The notes beneath the pieces are model-generated. The model made no database searches. It had not been told where the DNA came from and saw nothing but the letters and a program-made list of their open reading frames with translations. A stretch of DNA of 64,000 nt from Rhodosorus marinus CCMP1338. Taxonomy: Eukaryota; Plantae; Rhodophyta. The DNA lies in contig JAMWBK010000006.1 in assembly GCA_029953675.1 (NCBI GenBank), forward strand, positions 2,046,001 through 2,110,000. The letters are read 5' to 3'. Made by a program: the position numbers and the translations under genes. Positions 25,169 through 37,800 of this stretch are shown piece after piece. Numbering within the stretch: position 1 is the stretch's first letter; each line of letters begins with the position of its first letter.

Positions 25169-26272
25169 ATGGTAAGTATCGATCTTTGGTTCCTTTTGAG
25201 CATCACCTGAGAATTTTTGCAGTATTGTCAAAGATTGAGAGGAACGAAAGCGTTGGTGATTCTCTAGAAGCTAATCGGGCACGCCGCGTGTTTTCGAGAG
25301 ATCTAGTTCTCAAGGATGTGGGAAGGAAGGTGGCTGGACGTGTCTTCTCCAGTTCGACGCGTAGCAATCGTTGGCGGAACGCACGGGAATGAGCTGAATG
25401 GAGTCTACATTCAGAGGGCACTGAAGATGGCTGGAGTTCGTGGTGAGGGATTCGACGTTGTCATGTTGGAAGCCAACCCCGAGGCGGCTAAATTAAATAG
25501 ACGATACGTCGAGGAAGATCTGAACCGCTGTTTCAAGGTTGAGGATCTGGAAAATCCCGGGCGGACTTCTCTAGAGCAGAATCGAGCGAGGGAGATTAAT
25601 GAAATTCTGGGGCCAAAGAAGTCCAAAACCCCACGCGCGGATTTCGTCATCGACCTGCACGGTACAACGTCTAATTCTGGTACGGCGTTGATGATGCACC
25701 CCAAGGACTCATTCAGCCACGCTCTAGCCGCGCATCTCCAGCACTTGGATCCCTCGGTAAGAATTTGCCACTGGTTCGACTCTGAGTCCCCGACTTTGCC
25801 TTCGGTCGGCAGGAGCGGGCTAACGTTTGAAGTAGGGCCAATCTCCTGGGGTGTTGTCGAGCCCGAGCTATACTCGAATTCCCTTCGGTTGATTCAGGCA
25901 GCGTTGAGCTACATTGCCGCTCATAACTCCTTTGTTGAAGGTAGCTCGCAGCTCCAGACTGAATCTTGCTCTGTTGACGCCTACGCGAGGATTCGCCCCG
26001 TTTCTTTTCCACGATACGAGAGCGGAGAATTCCAAGGAGACCTGCAAGCAATGCTACACCCGAACCTCCATGGAAATGACTTCAGCCCTTTGGCCATTGG
26101 CGATCCAATCTTCAAACGCTGGGATGGAACCGATATTTATTTTGACGGTCCTGAAGAGGGTGAAGACCTTACCTTCTTCTTCGCGAATGAGGCAGCCTAC
26201 TACGAGAAGAATGTCGCGTTTGTACTCGCCAGGACAAGGAAACTAACTATTCAACGCCTCAAGCTCAGTTAA
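25169..26272 (+). CDS. ASPA: Aspartoacylase (ASPA/AstE family, M14-like Zn hydrolase) with spliced mitochondrial-type N-terminus
   Basis: RVAIVGGTHGNE, NPEA..LNRRYVEEDLNRCF, IDLHGTTSN, FEVGP, NEAAYYEK. Two 51-nt introns (25172-25222, 25256-25306) give MYCQRLRGTKALFSRMWEGRW... Confidence 0.9.
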
Positions 26273-26512
26273 AAGCCCTGATGCGAGATATTGCAAGGAG
26301 CGGAAAGGGCATCGTTGAATTAATTTGTAAATATGGCCTTTGATGGGGAGGACTGACTGGGTGCAAAAAATAAGAGGTACTGTTTTACTTAAAAATTGGA
26401 TAGGAAAGCTCATCTCCATGCTGTACACGCACCAATTGTTTAGATGTATCATCGAAGGCTGCGGTCCTCAACCAGACAGCTCTGATACCCGGCCAGGAAC
26501 ACCCAGGTCCCT

Positions 26513-28841
26513 CTATACAACAAGATCAGAGCACAGTTCGATCAAAGTTTCATCGCTTCCGGTGGTGTCCGATGCATCGATTACCCTCATAGCGGACTCC
26601 ATGACTAGAGATGACGCACTCTCCGAGGTGAAGTTCGTGGCAACACCAAGACCAAATGATGTGACGGCTGCGCCACCGAATAAGCTCCAATCCCTAAGTG
26701 CTTTTGCCGCCCGCACGTGCTCGCTCCCATTGAGTCGTGGATACCTATTGCCCTCGTTCGCTATCTGGAGCATATTTCCGCATCGCGATGCAAGCAGCAG
26801 AAGCCAGGCACCAAACGGTCGCCCGTCCTGGGCGTCCTCAGCGCGAAGTACGGCTTCCAAGTTTTCAACAGCGAAACCCTGAAGACCAAGAATGCACTCC
26901 ACGGCCTGCTCTTTCTCTCTTTGCGGAAGTTCAGATCGCGATCCGCCTAGTACAATAGCGCAGCATCCCACAACTCCGCACGCCACAATCAAGCTCGGGT
27001 ACTCTGCTCTAACGTACGCTTTTGCCTGCTTAGGAGCACGACAAAATCTCACAATTTAGCTCTCAACTCAGTTTTTCTGAGGAAAATAAGATTAAAGGCC
27101 CCACATCGCGGCATATAAAAAGAGAACGTTACCTGAGGCATAGAGTCTCGAATCATCCTCCGAAGCCTAAGAATCCCACCCCATTTTTGCTTTCGAGCTT
27201 GTCCTTCGGGAGTATTCGCGGTCGCGGCCAGGGTGTAAACAAGCATCTCACACATTCGAACCTGGTAGCAAAACATTGGACGTTCATTGATTCTGATTCA
27301 GTAAGAGTGCCACAGTTGTCAAGGATCTGAATATACCCAATTCTCGTACCTTCTCAAGAAGCGTCGTTGGTAGTCTTGTAAGCTCTGCACTCTGCTCCAG
27401 ATTCTGCAATGTCTGAAAGTCTGCTATCTTTGCCTCTCCGTTGCTCCAAAGCGAATCAAGTCCGCCGGCTACTGGACCGCCAAGGACTGGCTTTGACACC
27501 CGGATGAGATTAGGCCAAGGAAACACGTTGCTGTCGACCAAGAAGCGACCTGGGCTCCGGGATCTTATTCCCAACAACCTCGAGTAGTCCGGGTTTTCAA
27601 AGCGAGAGGAAAGGCCAATCTGAAACTTGGCCAGGGCTGACTTAAGGTTGGAACCTGCTGTAGGCAAGTTCTCAAATTCTGAAATGGCCGACATTGCTTC
27701 ACTCCAGGACGCCGGGACTCTCCTACCAGCACACCTCGATAGGGCAATCACTCTAGGGTAAGAAAGCGCCTGCAATGTAAAGTGTTGTTTTTTCAGGCGC
27801 TGAGAGCAAGAGGCGTGACTCTGCGATGGTAATTCGCTTACCTGGAGTGTTTCCCGAATGAACGAATCGACTTTTCTTTCGCTCTCGCTAATAACCAGGG
27901 TCTCTTTTATACGCCGCAATAGTATTTTGATGGCCTCCAAAAAGTCAATGCACTCATCTCTTATCGCTTCTGGCGATTTCCCCATAACATCATACCATGG
28001 AAGTATTTCCGCAATCAACGCCGCCAAATCCCGTTTTGTCCTGTTCAACAACGGGCGAGCAGGGTGAGCCTATCCGAAATACAAAATGGGAAAACCCTGT
28101 CCTGAAACAATAATTTGCAAAACAACAAAATACTCACTGTGCCGAATACTCGCTGCGTTCCTGTAAAATCGGGGATCGAACAAGAACCTTGACCGCCACT
28201 CGTTGTGAGATCAACCTCTCAGCAATGCAAAATCGAATATAGTTGAGCAAACGCGTGCTGACCGCCTTCGACTTAGCTCCACCGTTGCTCTCAGCCCCCA
28301 TCGACGCACTAGCTAACAGGGTGGACATGAGAACTTCCTCAAGCTCCGGGTCAAACTCCTGATCAGGATCGTCCATCTTCAGACTGTGGGCCTTGAGAAC
28401 CTTCCTCGCCTGGGTAACTAGAGAAATTGGGAGCTCTCTGTTCTTCCAAGCGTTCAAAACAAGTTCCTCTGACGCCTGGCTCATAGCCTTGAGATCTCTA
28501 GGTGGGTCAGGAGTAGGGGTAGGTGAGTTTTGCTCGCTTGCAATTGCGGGCTGAAGTGTCGTCTGTTGATCGGTAAACTGAGCAACAATGGAATCCGCGA
28601 TTGGCATCTCTCCAAAAATCCCACTGCTCTGCTGCGTCTCCATTAATAGAATTTGGTCATCTTCCGCTTCCATTTCGGCTGTTTGCCCGGCCATCGCGTT
28701 GTCCCCCATCGACATGGCATTGACGGGAGAGAACATTGCCAGCTGATCATCCTCGGCAAAGTCCACCTGATCGAAATTGTCATATGCAAAATCATTGTCG
28801 AATTCTATTTCATTCGCGAGGTCTCCAAGTTCGTCATTCAT
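26513..28841 (-). CDS. Mediator tail subunit Med24/Med5/Med33-like protein with acidic N-terminal extension, multi-exon; 3' end approximate
   Basis: LVLNAWKNREL...RLLNYIRFCIAERLIS resembles the Med24 N-terminus (ILQAWKERW...LILSYLKYAISSQMVS), followed by helical repeats. ATG 28841. Confidence 0.5.
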
Positions 28842-29892
28842 CGTGGATACACCGTGCCGTAGCAAAACCTCGAATGTTCCGAAAATTCCTTGCGTTCTCG
28901 GTGTCCTTCAATATGCTGAGACGAAAATCGCTTCAACCATCAGATCCCCTTTAGCTCGGCTCCGCCAGCTCTTGTAGTCGAAACAGCGCCACTAGGTTCA
29001 CGAATTCCTGGCACTTTCAGTTCGCGGGAGAAATCTAAAGAAGAAAGATCACTCTTTTCCTGCTCCAAGGGCCACCGAAACGGGCAAAGCGACCCACTCA
29101 ATGTCCTGACGAACACAAACCAATCTTCCCTAAACTCCACAAATCCTCGTAGCAATAAGCGCCTAACTGCAAGGCCGGTAGCTCAACAAGTACCCATCCG
29201 GCTTTGTTTTTTTGGGCGAATAGACGCAATCTCAAACCCCGAAACTTCCTCGCAGTCTACAGCCGCTTCCTTGGGGTTCCTTGCCTGTCGGAAACTTCCA
29301 GAGGGGAGCAGTTGCCCTGCAAGCCGTCTCACGAGGCTTAGGGAAAGCGATGATGTGAGGAAAGGACACACACTCCAATGTAAACCATCTACACCAAGTT
29401 CTTCGTGGAGAACACGTTCTCAAACCTACAGCTTGGCTTTGTCAAGGTTGAACTTGACCCGGGAGCGACAGGTTCTTAAACCCTGAAATGCGCTTGGTTC
29501 TCAGAGAGAAGCCTCTATTTCTCAAAAGAAAGAGCAGAAAACGTGCCAGGAAGAGGACGAAACCAACCCCAGCGCTCTCGAGCTCAGCGGAGACAACCTG
29601 CCCCCTCTGACGCAAGACCTTAGCAAAAAGGCGCGAGTTGTAGCCAAAGAAAAAAGCTACTAGGATATGAAAAACTTTGTAATGGATGTGGATGAGGTTC
29701 CTAGAGTCCAATGCTATCATCTACCGTCTTCTTCTCAGTGCTCTCTCAATTCATTCCTTTCGCGGAGAAGCAGACGAGCCTCTTACGAAGACAAGTCTTT
29801 CAGATCAAAACGCCATCTTTTTCAAAGAAGCTTGAAAGAGTTTTCGAACCCGCCATTCTCCCGCCCTTTTTCACTAGCGGTACAACAACAAA

Positions 29893-30203
29893 TGATTGGT
29901 TAGTAACATGTCATATGATTCTAAAAATATCACATTTAGATTGACTACTTTCATATATTTTATTTATGATTGAATAAATTATGATTAAGATATCCAATTG
30001 TTTACGGAAACGGCGCTATTTTTCTTTAAGCTCTTAATTACTTCGTGATATGCTTTGTTAGGAACTAATAGGGTGTATGATTGGTGAGTTAAGAAAAAGG
30101 TAATCCAATTGTTGCGCTTTGCTTCGTTGGGCATGGAAATATCTTTTGTAATTATTAAAATATCAGTGTATACATCATTGGTTGAGGAGTTTGAACTGAT
30201 TGG
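29893..30203. promoter_or_regulatory. CCAAT-box (TGATTGG) cluster in AT-rich intergenic DNA
   Basis: TGATTGG at 29893, 30078 and 30197. The same 7-mer occurs in other intergenic tracts (8982, 9034, 11348, 13662). It matches the NF-Y CCAAT consensus. Confidence 0.45.
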
Positions 30204-30275
30204 GGATTTATTTCAGAAAATGTTTTTACGGGTGGAAGGCGTTGAATTGGATTTCACAACAGATTCTGCGAAGTG

Positions 30276-31450
30276 ATGGCCGTGGTGACTGGCTTTCCTG
30301 TTTGAAGGTGAGTTTCCCCAGTGGCTCTCTTTGACAGATCGGTTTCTGCTATGGCGTATGACCGCTTTCATTCCGACTGCGAACGTCTTTCGCCAGATTC
30401 ATCTGGATCCCGTGTATGAAGATGGGTCTACTGTTCTTGTTTCCTAACTATGGAGCATCGTGAACTTGTGTCAGATGAGAGGCGAGGGGTCGGTTGTATG
30501 CACCGCTTTAACTGCGTCTCCGGCTTGTTAAGGGTTGAACTATAGCTGCTGTGCGTGGAAAGAGTTGTGGCTGCAACGGAAAACCTGAAATTGACTTGAA
30601 TAAGGACGCCAGGCGTGGTGCTAGTGGCAACCAGGAGCTTGAGGCCAGCAAATGCTTGAGACCAATAGGACGTCAACTGTGTCCGACGGCTTCCAAAGGC
30701 AGGGTCCAAATTCCATTGCGACGAAGCATGGTATTCTGAAGGAACTTGAGCTCGTCAGATTGTGCCATGTGGTATGTAGGTTTCTCGACCTAGAAAACGG
30801 TAATGAGCTAAGCCGAAAGTGCGTGAAAGTTTCACCCAACACCTCTCACCATCCCACCGTTCTGAGCGCGCGTTGCAGTCAAGGCGTTGCGCAGCGACGT
30901 TTTTATGATCCCCACTCATTTGCAGTAAATTCGAGGGACGCCTGGAGGAGCCCCTGCCTGCAGCTTCTCACAATCCAGCCCCAAGCCCATACCCAAGTTG
31001 ACCTACGCGGATGCCACACAGCTTAGGCGTTTCCACCTCTCAGAAAGCAATACCCGAGACTTCCAGGAGGTGGATATCATCATTTTGCCTGTAGAGCTAA
31101 TTGGATCGCCGAAAACAAATCTCGGACTCTCCTAAATATTTCACAAAATTCGGTATCCGTGCAACTCAAAACCCTGAGCATTAGCGGAAAAGCATGTTCT
31201 GCGTTCTGCTGAACGGTGCCGGATACAACCCGTCTTATCTCCCCGCTGGAGGGACCACACAAAACGAGGAAGCCAAAAGCCTACGACCAGGAAACAATCG
31301 AGAAGAGTAGGTACTTCATCGGACACCGAGAACTCGTAAGGTAAGATTCCATACTCTAGTTCATCAAGCTACACAAATCAGAAGATCTGGGCAGACGATC
31401 TTTGGGAAGGATTCTGATACACTTCCAAACCCACCTTCCTCGTGAAGGTC
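30276..31450. other. Unresolved spliced locus upstream of BRR2
   Basis: Exon-like frames on the minus strand (LDELEYGILPYEFSVSDE; SGEIRRVVSG...DLFSAIQLALQ; VEKPTYHMAQSDELKFLQNTMLRRNGIWTLPLEAVGH). Canonical introns also occur on the plus strand (GTGAGT..GACAG near 30309-30337). No consistent model. Confidence 0.25.
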
Positions 31451-31883
31451 ATGTACGGAATGCATCTAGTCCATCTTCAATATTCAGAAAGAATTCGCCA
31501 TAAATATAACACATTTATTCAAATAATTGGAAATAAAATAGAAGGTAAGAACATCCTAAATATCGTAAAATATGACCACCTTCGATCTAAATGTGAAATG
31601 GCAGACGACGAGGGAAGATAAAAAGCACAGGTTGGAAATGGTGGCGGCACGGGTTAGATGGCAGGCTAGGGTGAGAGTAGTAAAGCGATCTTGAGGTGTA
31701 CAAATACTTCATGGTGAAGTAGATGAGGGAGGTTTAATATTAAGGCGGATTTCCCGCCTTTGTGGTTGATTTTGTTGTTGGATTGGGGGCGACTTTGGTA
31801 TCGTGGGCGAGGTATTGGATTGAGAGGGGAGCAGAGACTAGTAGGGCTTTTTGTTTTTAGCTGTTTGTTCTGAGGGAGACAAG

Positions 31884-34800
31884 ATGGCGGACGACATTCA
31901 GCGTATGAAACAGTATGACTACGCGGCGAATTCTAATCTCGTCCTTCAGTCGAATAGGTCTCGACGGAGGGATCAGGATGACGGAACCGGAGAAGTTGAA
32001 TCACTCGCTGTGGGAAAACTTGGAGGCAAGATGGGTGATCGGGTCGCGGCAAATAAAAGTGAGGAGCTTGATGAGCTCATGGAAAAGAGGAAGAAGCGAC
32101 TAAGGTAAGTGGATGGGGAGAACGTTTAGGCTGTCGATTTAGGTCGCCCCGGAGAGGTACTCAAGCTCGATTTCCTATCGATATGTATAGGTCTTCAGTT
32201 CAGGAAGGAGACGAGGCCCTGAAAAGGGGACGCGAAGGTGCAGTTGCTAGAATTGCTGATGATTTTGAAGATACTGAAGGATATAAGCCGAAGACAAAAG
32301 CTGCGAAGATCGCGTACGAACATATTCTATCCTTCATGCAAGCAATCATTGGAGACCAACCTCGGGACCTAATCCGGAGCGCTGCCGATGAGACAATTGC
32401 TGTTTTCAAAAGCGAGCGGCATCGAGACTCGGAACGAAAGCGAGACGTAGAGGAGCTCCTCGGTGAAAAGCTCTCGGCCGATAATTTTTCTCGGCTATCC
32501 ACCTTTGCTGCCCAGATTACTGATTTCGGGTCTGATGATAAGGACAATCAAAACGTTGACGCTGACAACGAAGAGCAAAACGCGGTCGACGACCTGGGCG
32601 TAGCCGTTGTCTTCGATGAGGAGCTTGAGGACGAAGCGTCTGAGCTTGATGAAATCGTCGATGAAGAAATGGAGCCGGATGAGGGCGAGGAAACTAGAAC
32701 GGACCTGGTCGTATCTGGCGCTGTAGGTGCGGGAATAGAGGTTGACCAAGATCAAGGGCAGAACATGGAGGTCGATCCCCACGACGTGGACGGGTACTGG
32801 CTTCAGCGACAACTTAGCAAGTACATAGACGATGCCTTGAAATCGAAGGAGGCCGCGGAAGAGGTGTTCTCAATACTCTCAGAGGATTCGAACGAGAGGG
32901 ATAGAGAAAACAAGTTGGTCATGATGCTTGACTATGACAAGTTTGACTTCATCAAACTGATTCTGAGAAATCGGCTGACGATAGTTTATTGTACGAAGTT
33001 CGCCCGTGCAAGCCCCTCTGAGAAGCAAAAGCTCGAGGAAGAACTGATGATGACAAGTGAAGGCCACTTGCTTCTGTCCAAGCTCAAGGACACTGCAACC
33101 GACAGAGATGTTGAGATGGCCATAGATGGCTCGACAAGCGCATCGGCTACAGATAAGTCCAAGAGGGCAGCACGAAAGAGTAGAGCCGAAATCACCGCGC
33201 CGCTAATGGGTCGCGATGGAGCTGCGAACGGATTCACGCCGACGGAGCTGAGAAAATTGGACCTGGACTCGCTTGCGTTTTCCCAAGGTTCGCATGTTAT
33301 GTCGAACAAGAAGGTCAATCTTCCCAAGGACTCGTTTGTAGTGAACAAGAAGGACTATGAGGAGTGGCATATCCCAGCCGTAACGGCCAAGGCCGCGAAC
33401 GAGAAGCTGGTGCTCATCAAAGATCTGCCGGATTGGGCACGAACTGGATTCAGCGAAAAGATGAAGGCCCTAAATCGTATGCAGAGTCAAGTGTACGACG
33501 GCGTTTTCAATACAGATGACAATGTTTTACTCTGTGCGCCAACGGGTGCGGGCAAAACGAACGTCGCAATGCTCGCGGTGCTCAGAGAAATCGGGAAATC
33601 CATGGACCACAACGGGAATTTCGACCTCTCGTCCTTTAAGATAATATACGTTGCACCCATGAAAGCGCTTGTTGCTGAAGTTGTGGCGAACTTGGGTGCT
33701 CGCCTCGAGAAGCTAGGCGTGACTGTAGCGGAACTCACGGGTGATGTTAACATGACAAAGCAGGAGATTACTGACACGCAAATAATTGTCACTACACCTG
33801 AGAAATGGGACATCATTACCAGAAAAAGTGGAGAAAGAACATTCACGGAATTGGTTAAGCTAATGATTGTGGACGAAATTCATCTTCTTCACGACGAGCG
33901 AGGCCCTGTGCTGGAATCGGTAGTCGCGAGATCTATCCGAGCGGTTGAGGCTACATCTATGGAGACGAGAATAGTCGGCCTTTCAGCAACGTTGCCCAAC
34001 TACAAGGACGTTGGCGCGTTTCTCAGAGTCAAGCCTGAAAGGCGTTACCACTTTGACTCCTCGTATCGACCGTGCCCTTTGCAACAGCAGTACTTGGGTA
34101 TTCAGACGAAGAAGGCCCTGAAGAGGTTCCAGCTCATGAATGAACTGACCTGGGAAAAGGTTAAGGAGCAAGCGACAGGTTCTGGTGGATCTCAAGTTCT
34201 GGTTTTCGTTCACTCGAGGAAGGAAACTTTTAATACTGCGAAGCACTTGCGTGACATGGCAATTGAGAACAATATTTTGGACGATTTCATGACGTCTGGG
34301 TCGTCCGAAGTGAGTCTTGCTGAGGTAATGGAGAGCGAGGCGGATACGGTCAAGTCTCCTGAGTTGGTGGATCTACTCAAGTCTGGATTTGGCGTCCATC
34401 ATGCCGGACTGGCCTTATCGGACCGAAAACTCGTGGAAGAACTGTTTGCCGAGGGGCATACTAGAGTGCTTGTATCCACGGCGACACTAGCCTGGGGTGT
34501 TAACCTTCCTGCTCATGCAGTGATCATTAAGGGGACCCAAATCTATTCTCCCGAGAAGGGAAGGTGGACGGTAAGTCATCATTCCTTGAGCACAAAAGGC
34601 TCGTTTCCAACGTCTCTCCGCGGTGAGGAGGAAAAACGCGAAGTCGCTGATTCCTTGTCTCCCGTCTAGGAACTTTCGCCGCTTGACGTCATGCAAATGA
34701 TGGGAAGAGCGGGAAGGCCTCAATATGATACTCATGGAGAGGGAATTATGATAACAACCGATTCAGAATTGCAGTTTTACAGATCACTTCTCAACCAGCA

Positions 34801-37800
34801 GCTTCCTATAGAGAGTCAAATGCTTTCTCGACTACCAGACTCCTTGAATGCTGAGGTAACAACCAAACTGTTAAGTTTGCAAAGCTGTTCTAGCGCGTAT
34901 GTACGAAATCTCAGTTCTGTTCATGCGCCGCTTCGGCTTTTTTGTCTAACAGATTGCGCTAGGAACGGTTTCGAACGTTAAGGAAGCTAGTACATGGCTT
35001 GGTTACACATACCTGTATGTACGAATGGTTCAGAATCCCGTGCTTTACGGGATTTCGATCGATGAGCAAGAGGCGGACCCGACTCTCGAGAAGAGAAGAC
35101 TCGATCTAGTTCATTCTGCAGCTTTGATATTGGATAAAGCTGGACTAGTTAGGTGAGCTAACTGGATCTCATAGCGCGTGAGTCTTTGGCTTGAACCCTT
35201 TCTGAATCTCGTGTTCCTGGCTTGACCATGTTTGGTGTAGATATGACGGGCGGTCTGGGCAGTTGCAGGGGACAGACCTTGGCAGGGTTGCTTCACATTT
35301 CTATGTCTCGCATACCACAATGTCAGTGTTCGCGGAGCACCTGAAGCCGACACTAGGAATGATAGACTTGCTTCGGCTCTTCTCCCTGAGCGGAGAATTT
35401 CAACATATGAGAGTTAGAGAAGAGGAGAAGCTTGAACTAAGCAGGCAAGCACCAAAGCGGCGATTCCATTGCTTAACTAAGTTGGACACCTCCTTTACAA
35501 GACGACCGCATGTTTTTGTTTGTTACATGTATAGGCTCCTCGAGCGTGTTCCAGTGCCTGTGAAGGATTCCATAGAAGAGTCGACAGCGAAAGTTAACGT
35601 TCTGCTTCAGGCGTACATTTCAAACCTTAAACTCGACGGACTCGCGTTGACTTCAGACATGGTATACGTAACCCAGAGCGCGGGCAGAATCGTTCGAGCA
35701 ATTTACGAAATTGTGCTGCGACGGAAGTGGTGCCAACTTGCTGATCGGTGAGAATGTCGGCGAACGACTCGGACCGATTACGTAGATCTGACATAGACGT
35801 ATGCTGCTGTAGGTGCTTGAACTTGAGCAAGATGGTTCAGAGGAGGCAGTGGGCGACCCAGACACCTTTGAGACAGTTTGGAAAGGTTCTCCCGAACACG
35901 TTGAGTGAAGACGTTTTGAGAAAAATCGAGAGGAAAGATATTGAATTTGAGAGATATTATGACTTAGAACCCGAAGAGATTGGAGAACTCCTACGCAATT
36001 CCAAAATGGGACGGGTTGTGCATAAAATGGTCCATTACCTTCCTAGGATGGACGTACAAGCCCAAATCCAACCAGTTACGAGGTCCACCTTGCGGATCGA
36101 ATTGATCCTAACGCCGGATTTTGAGTATACGCCAAGGGTACGATGTGAGGAATGCTGTACTCGTCCGCTTTTCCTGTGTCCTTAACGAGTTTGGCTCAAT
36201 TGTTTTCAGGTTCACGGCGCCGGAGAACCATTCTGGATTTTCATTGAGGACTCCGATAACGAAACGCTGCTACACCACGAGTCATTCTATCTGAGAGGCA
36301 GTGTCGCAAAGGAGGAGCATACAGTGACTTTTACAGTGCCAATTTCAGAACCGTTGCCTCCGCAGTACTTCGTTAGATGCGTTAGCGACCGATGGATAGC
36401 CCCGGACACGGTAAGTTCTGCCTTGTGGAGGAACCGCGGATTGTCCTGATGTGCTTTTGCTGAGCGGTGATGATGGGATTGCTTTAGGTTGTTCCTGTGT
36501 CGTTCCGAAACCTTATCTTGCCTGAAAAATTCCCTCCCCATACGGAGTTGTTGGATATGCAACCACTACTGACTATGGATGCATTCCGAGGCAGTGCGGA
36601 GGACGCAGATATGGAGAATGCTTTGACTACATACTTCAGCTCTCAGTACGTAATTTCGTCTCTAGTTTATCGTGAATGGACGGTGACTCTGATGTTTCTT
36701 CTTTGTTCTCGAACAGGTTCAAAACGTTCAATCCCATCCAAACACAAGCATTTAATGGTTTCTACAAGTCACAGGCGAATTGCTTGTTGGCCGCACCAGC
36801 GGGATCTGGTCGATTGATATTGGCCGAGGTGGCGATAGGACAGCTTTTTGTCAGCCAGCCTGCGGCCGCTGCGGTCTACGTTTGTTCCCGTGGAGAGATC
36901 GCAGTCCCCCGAAAAGTGAAAGAACTTAAGGAGGGAATCGCCGATTCTCTTGGTAGGCCTTCGGGAGCACGTCTCCGAGCTCACCTGATTTCGTCTCTGA
37001 AAAGTAGTATCTTTGTATAGGTTTGGTCGTTTCGACTCTTACAGGGGAGACAACTGCGGACTTGCGGGTCCTCGCTACTCCTGGCACATTGGTAGTGTGC
37101 TCCCCTGAGCATTGGGACAATATTTCGAGAAGATGGAAGCAGCGGAAAGTCATCAACAACGTATCGCTCTTCATTGTCGACGATGTGCATTACGTTGCTG
37201 GCCATAACGGCCCGGTGGTCGAGGTTATTTGCTTGCGAATGAGGTATATCGCAGAGCAAGCGACTCAATCGGGCAAGAAGGCTTGTCGGTAAGGAATTTT
37301 TGCAAAGCGTCTATTCTCCATCGTGGAACAGTCCCGAATTCAAAGCAATCCAAACCCTTCCGCTCTAATCCTCCATTCCTCCATTCTTCCATTCTTCCGT
37401 TCTACAGATTGATTGCCCTGTCCGACCCCGTTGCCAATGCACGGGACTTGGCGGATTGGCTAGGAGTTCCGCCCCAGAACATGTTCTCCTTCCATGCAAA
37501 CTCGAGGCCAGTTCCACTCGAAACCCATATTCAAACGGTCGCGAATACTGGATCTAGTCTTGTCACAACGATGGCTCGACCAATCTACAACGCGATAAGG
37601 TAAAAGGACGCCAAAGCATGTACTCAATGCATTACAAGGAACAGTCAACTAACCAGTCTTTCTGGCGTACGTTAGGAGCTATGGTACCGGTGGGGCTCCC
37701 GTAGTTGTTTTTGTCGCCTCGAGGAGACTGGTTCGTGCCACTGCCTTCGAGTTGTTGACCTCTGTGTCAGCAGGCGGTGGGCCAAGCCGATTTTTGCATG

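Noticed and set aside
31270-31326. LLDCFLVVG, resembling a uDENN N-terminus
   Set aside because: No downstream DENN motifs, and the segment may be intronic.
36793-37190. Degenerate Walker A (APAGSGR) and DDVH box in the second BRR2 helicase cassette
   Set aside because: The C-terminal cassette of BRR2 is known to be catalytically inactive and degenerate, so this is expected.
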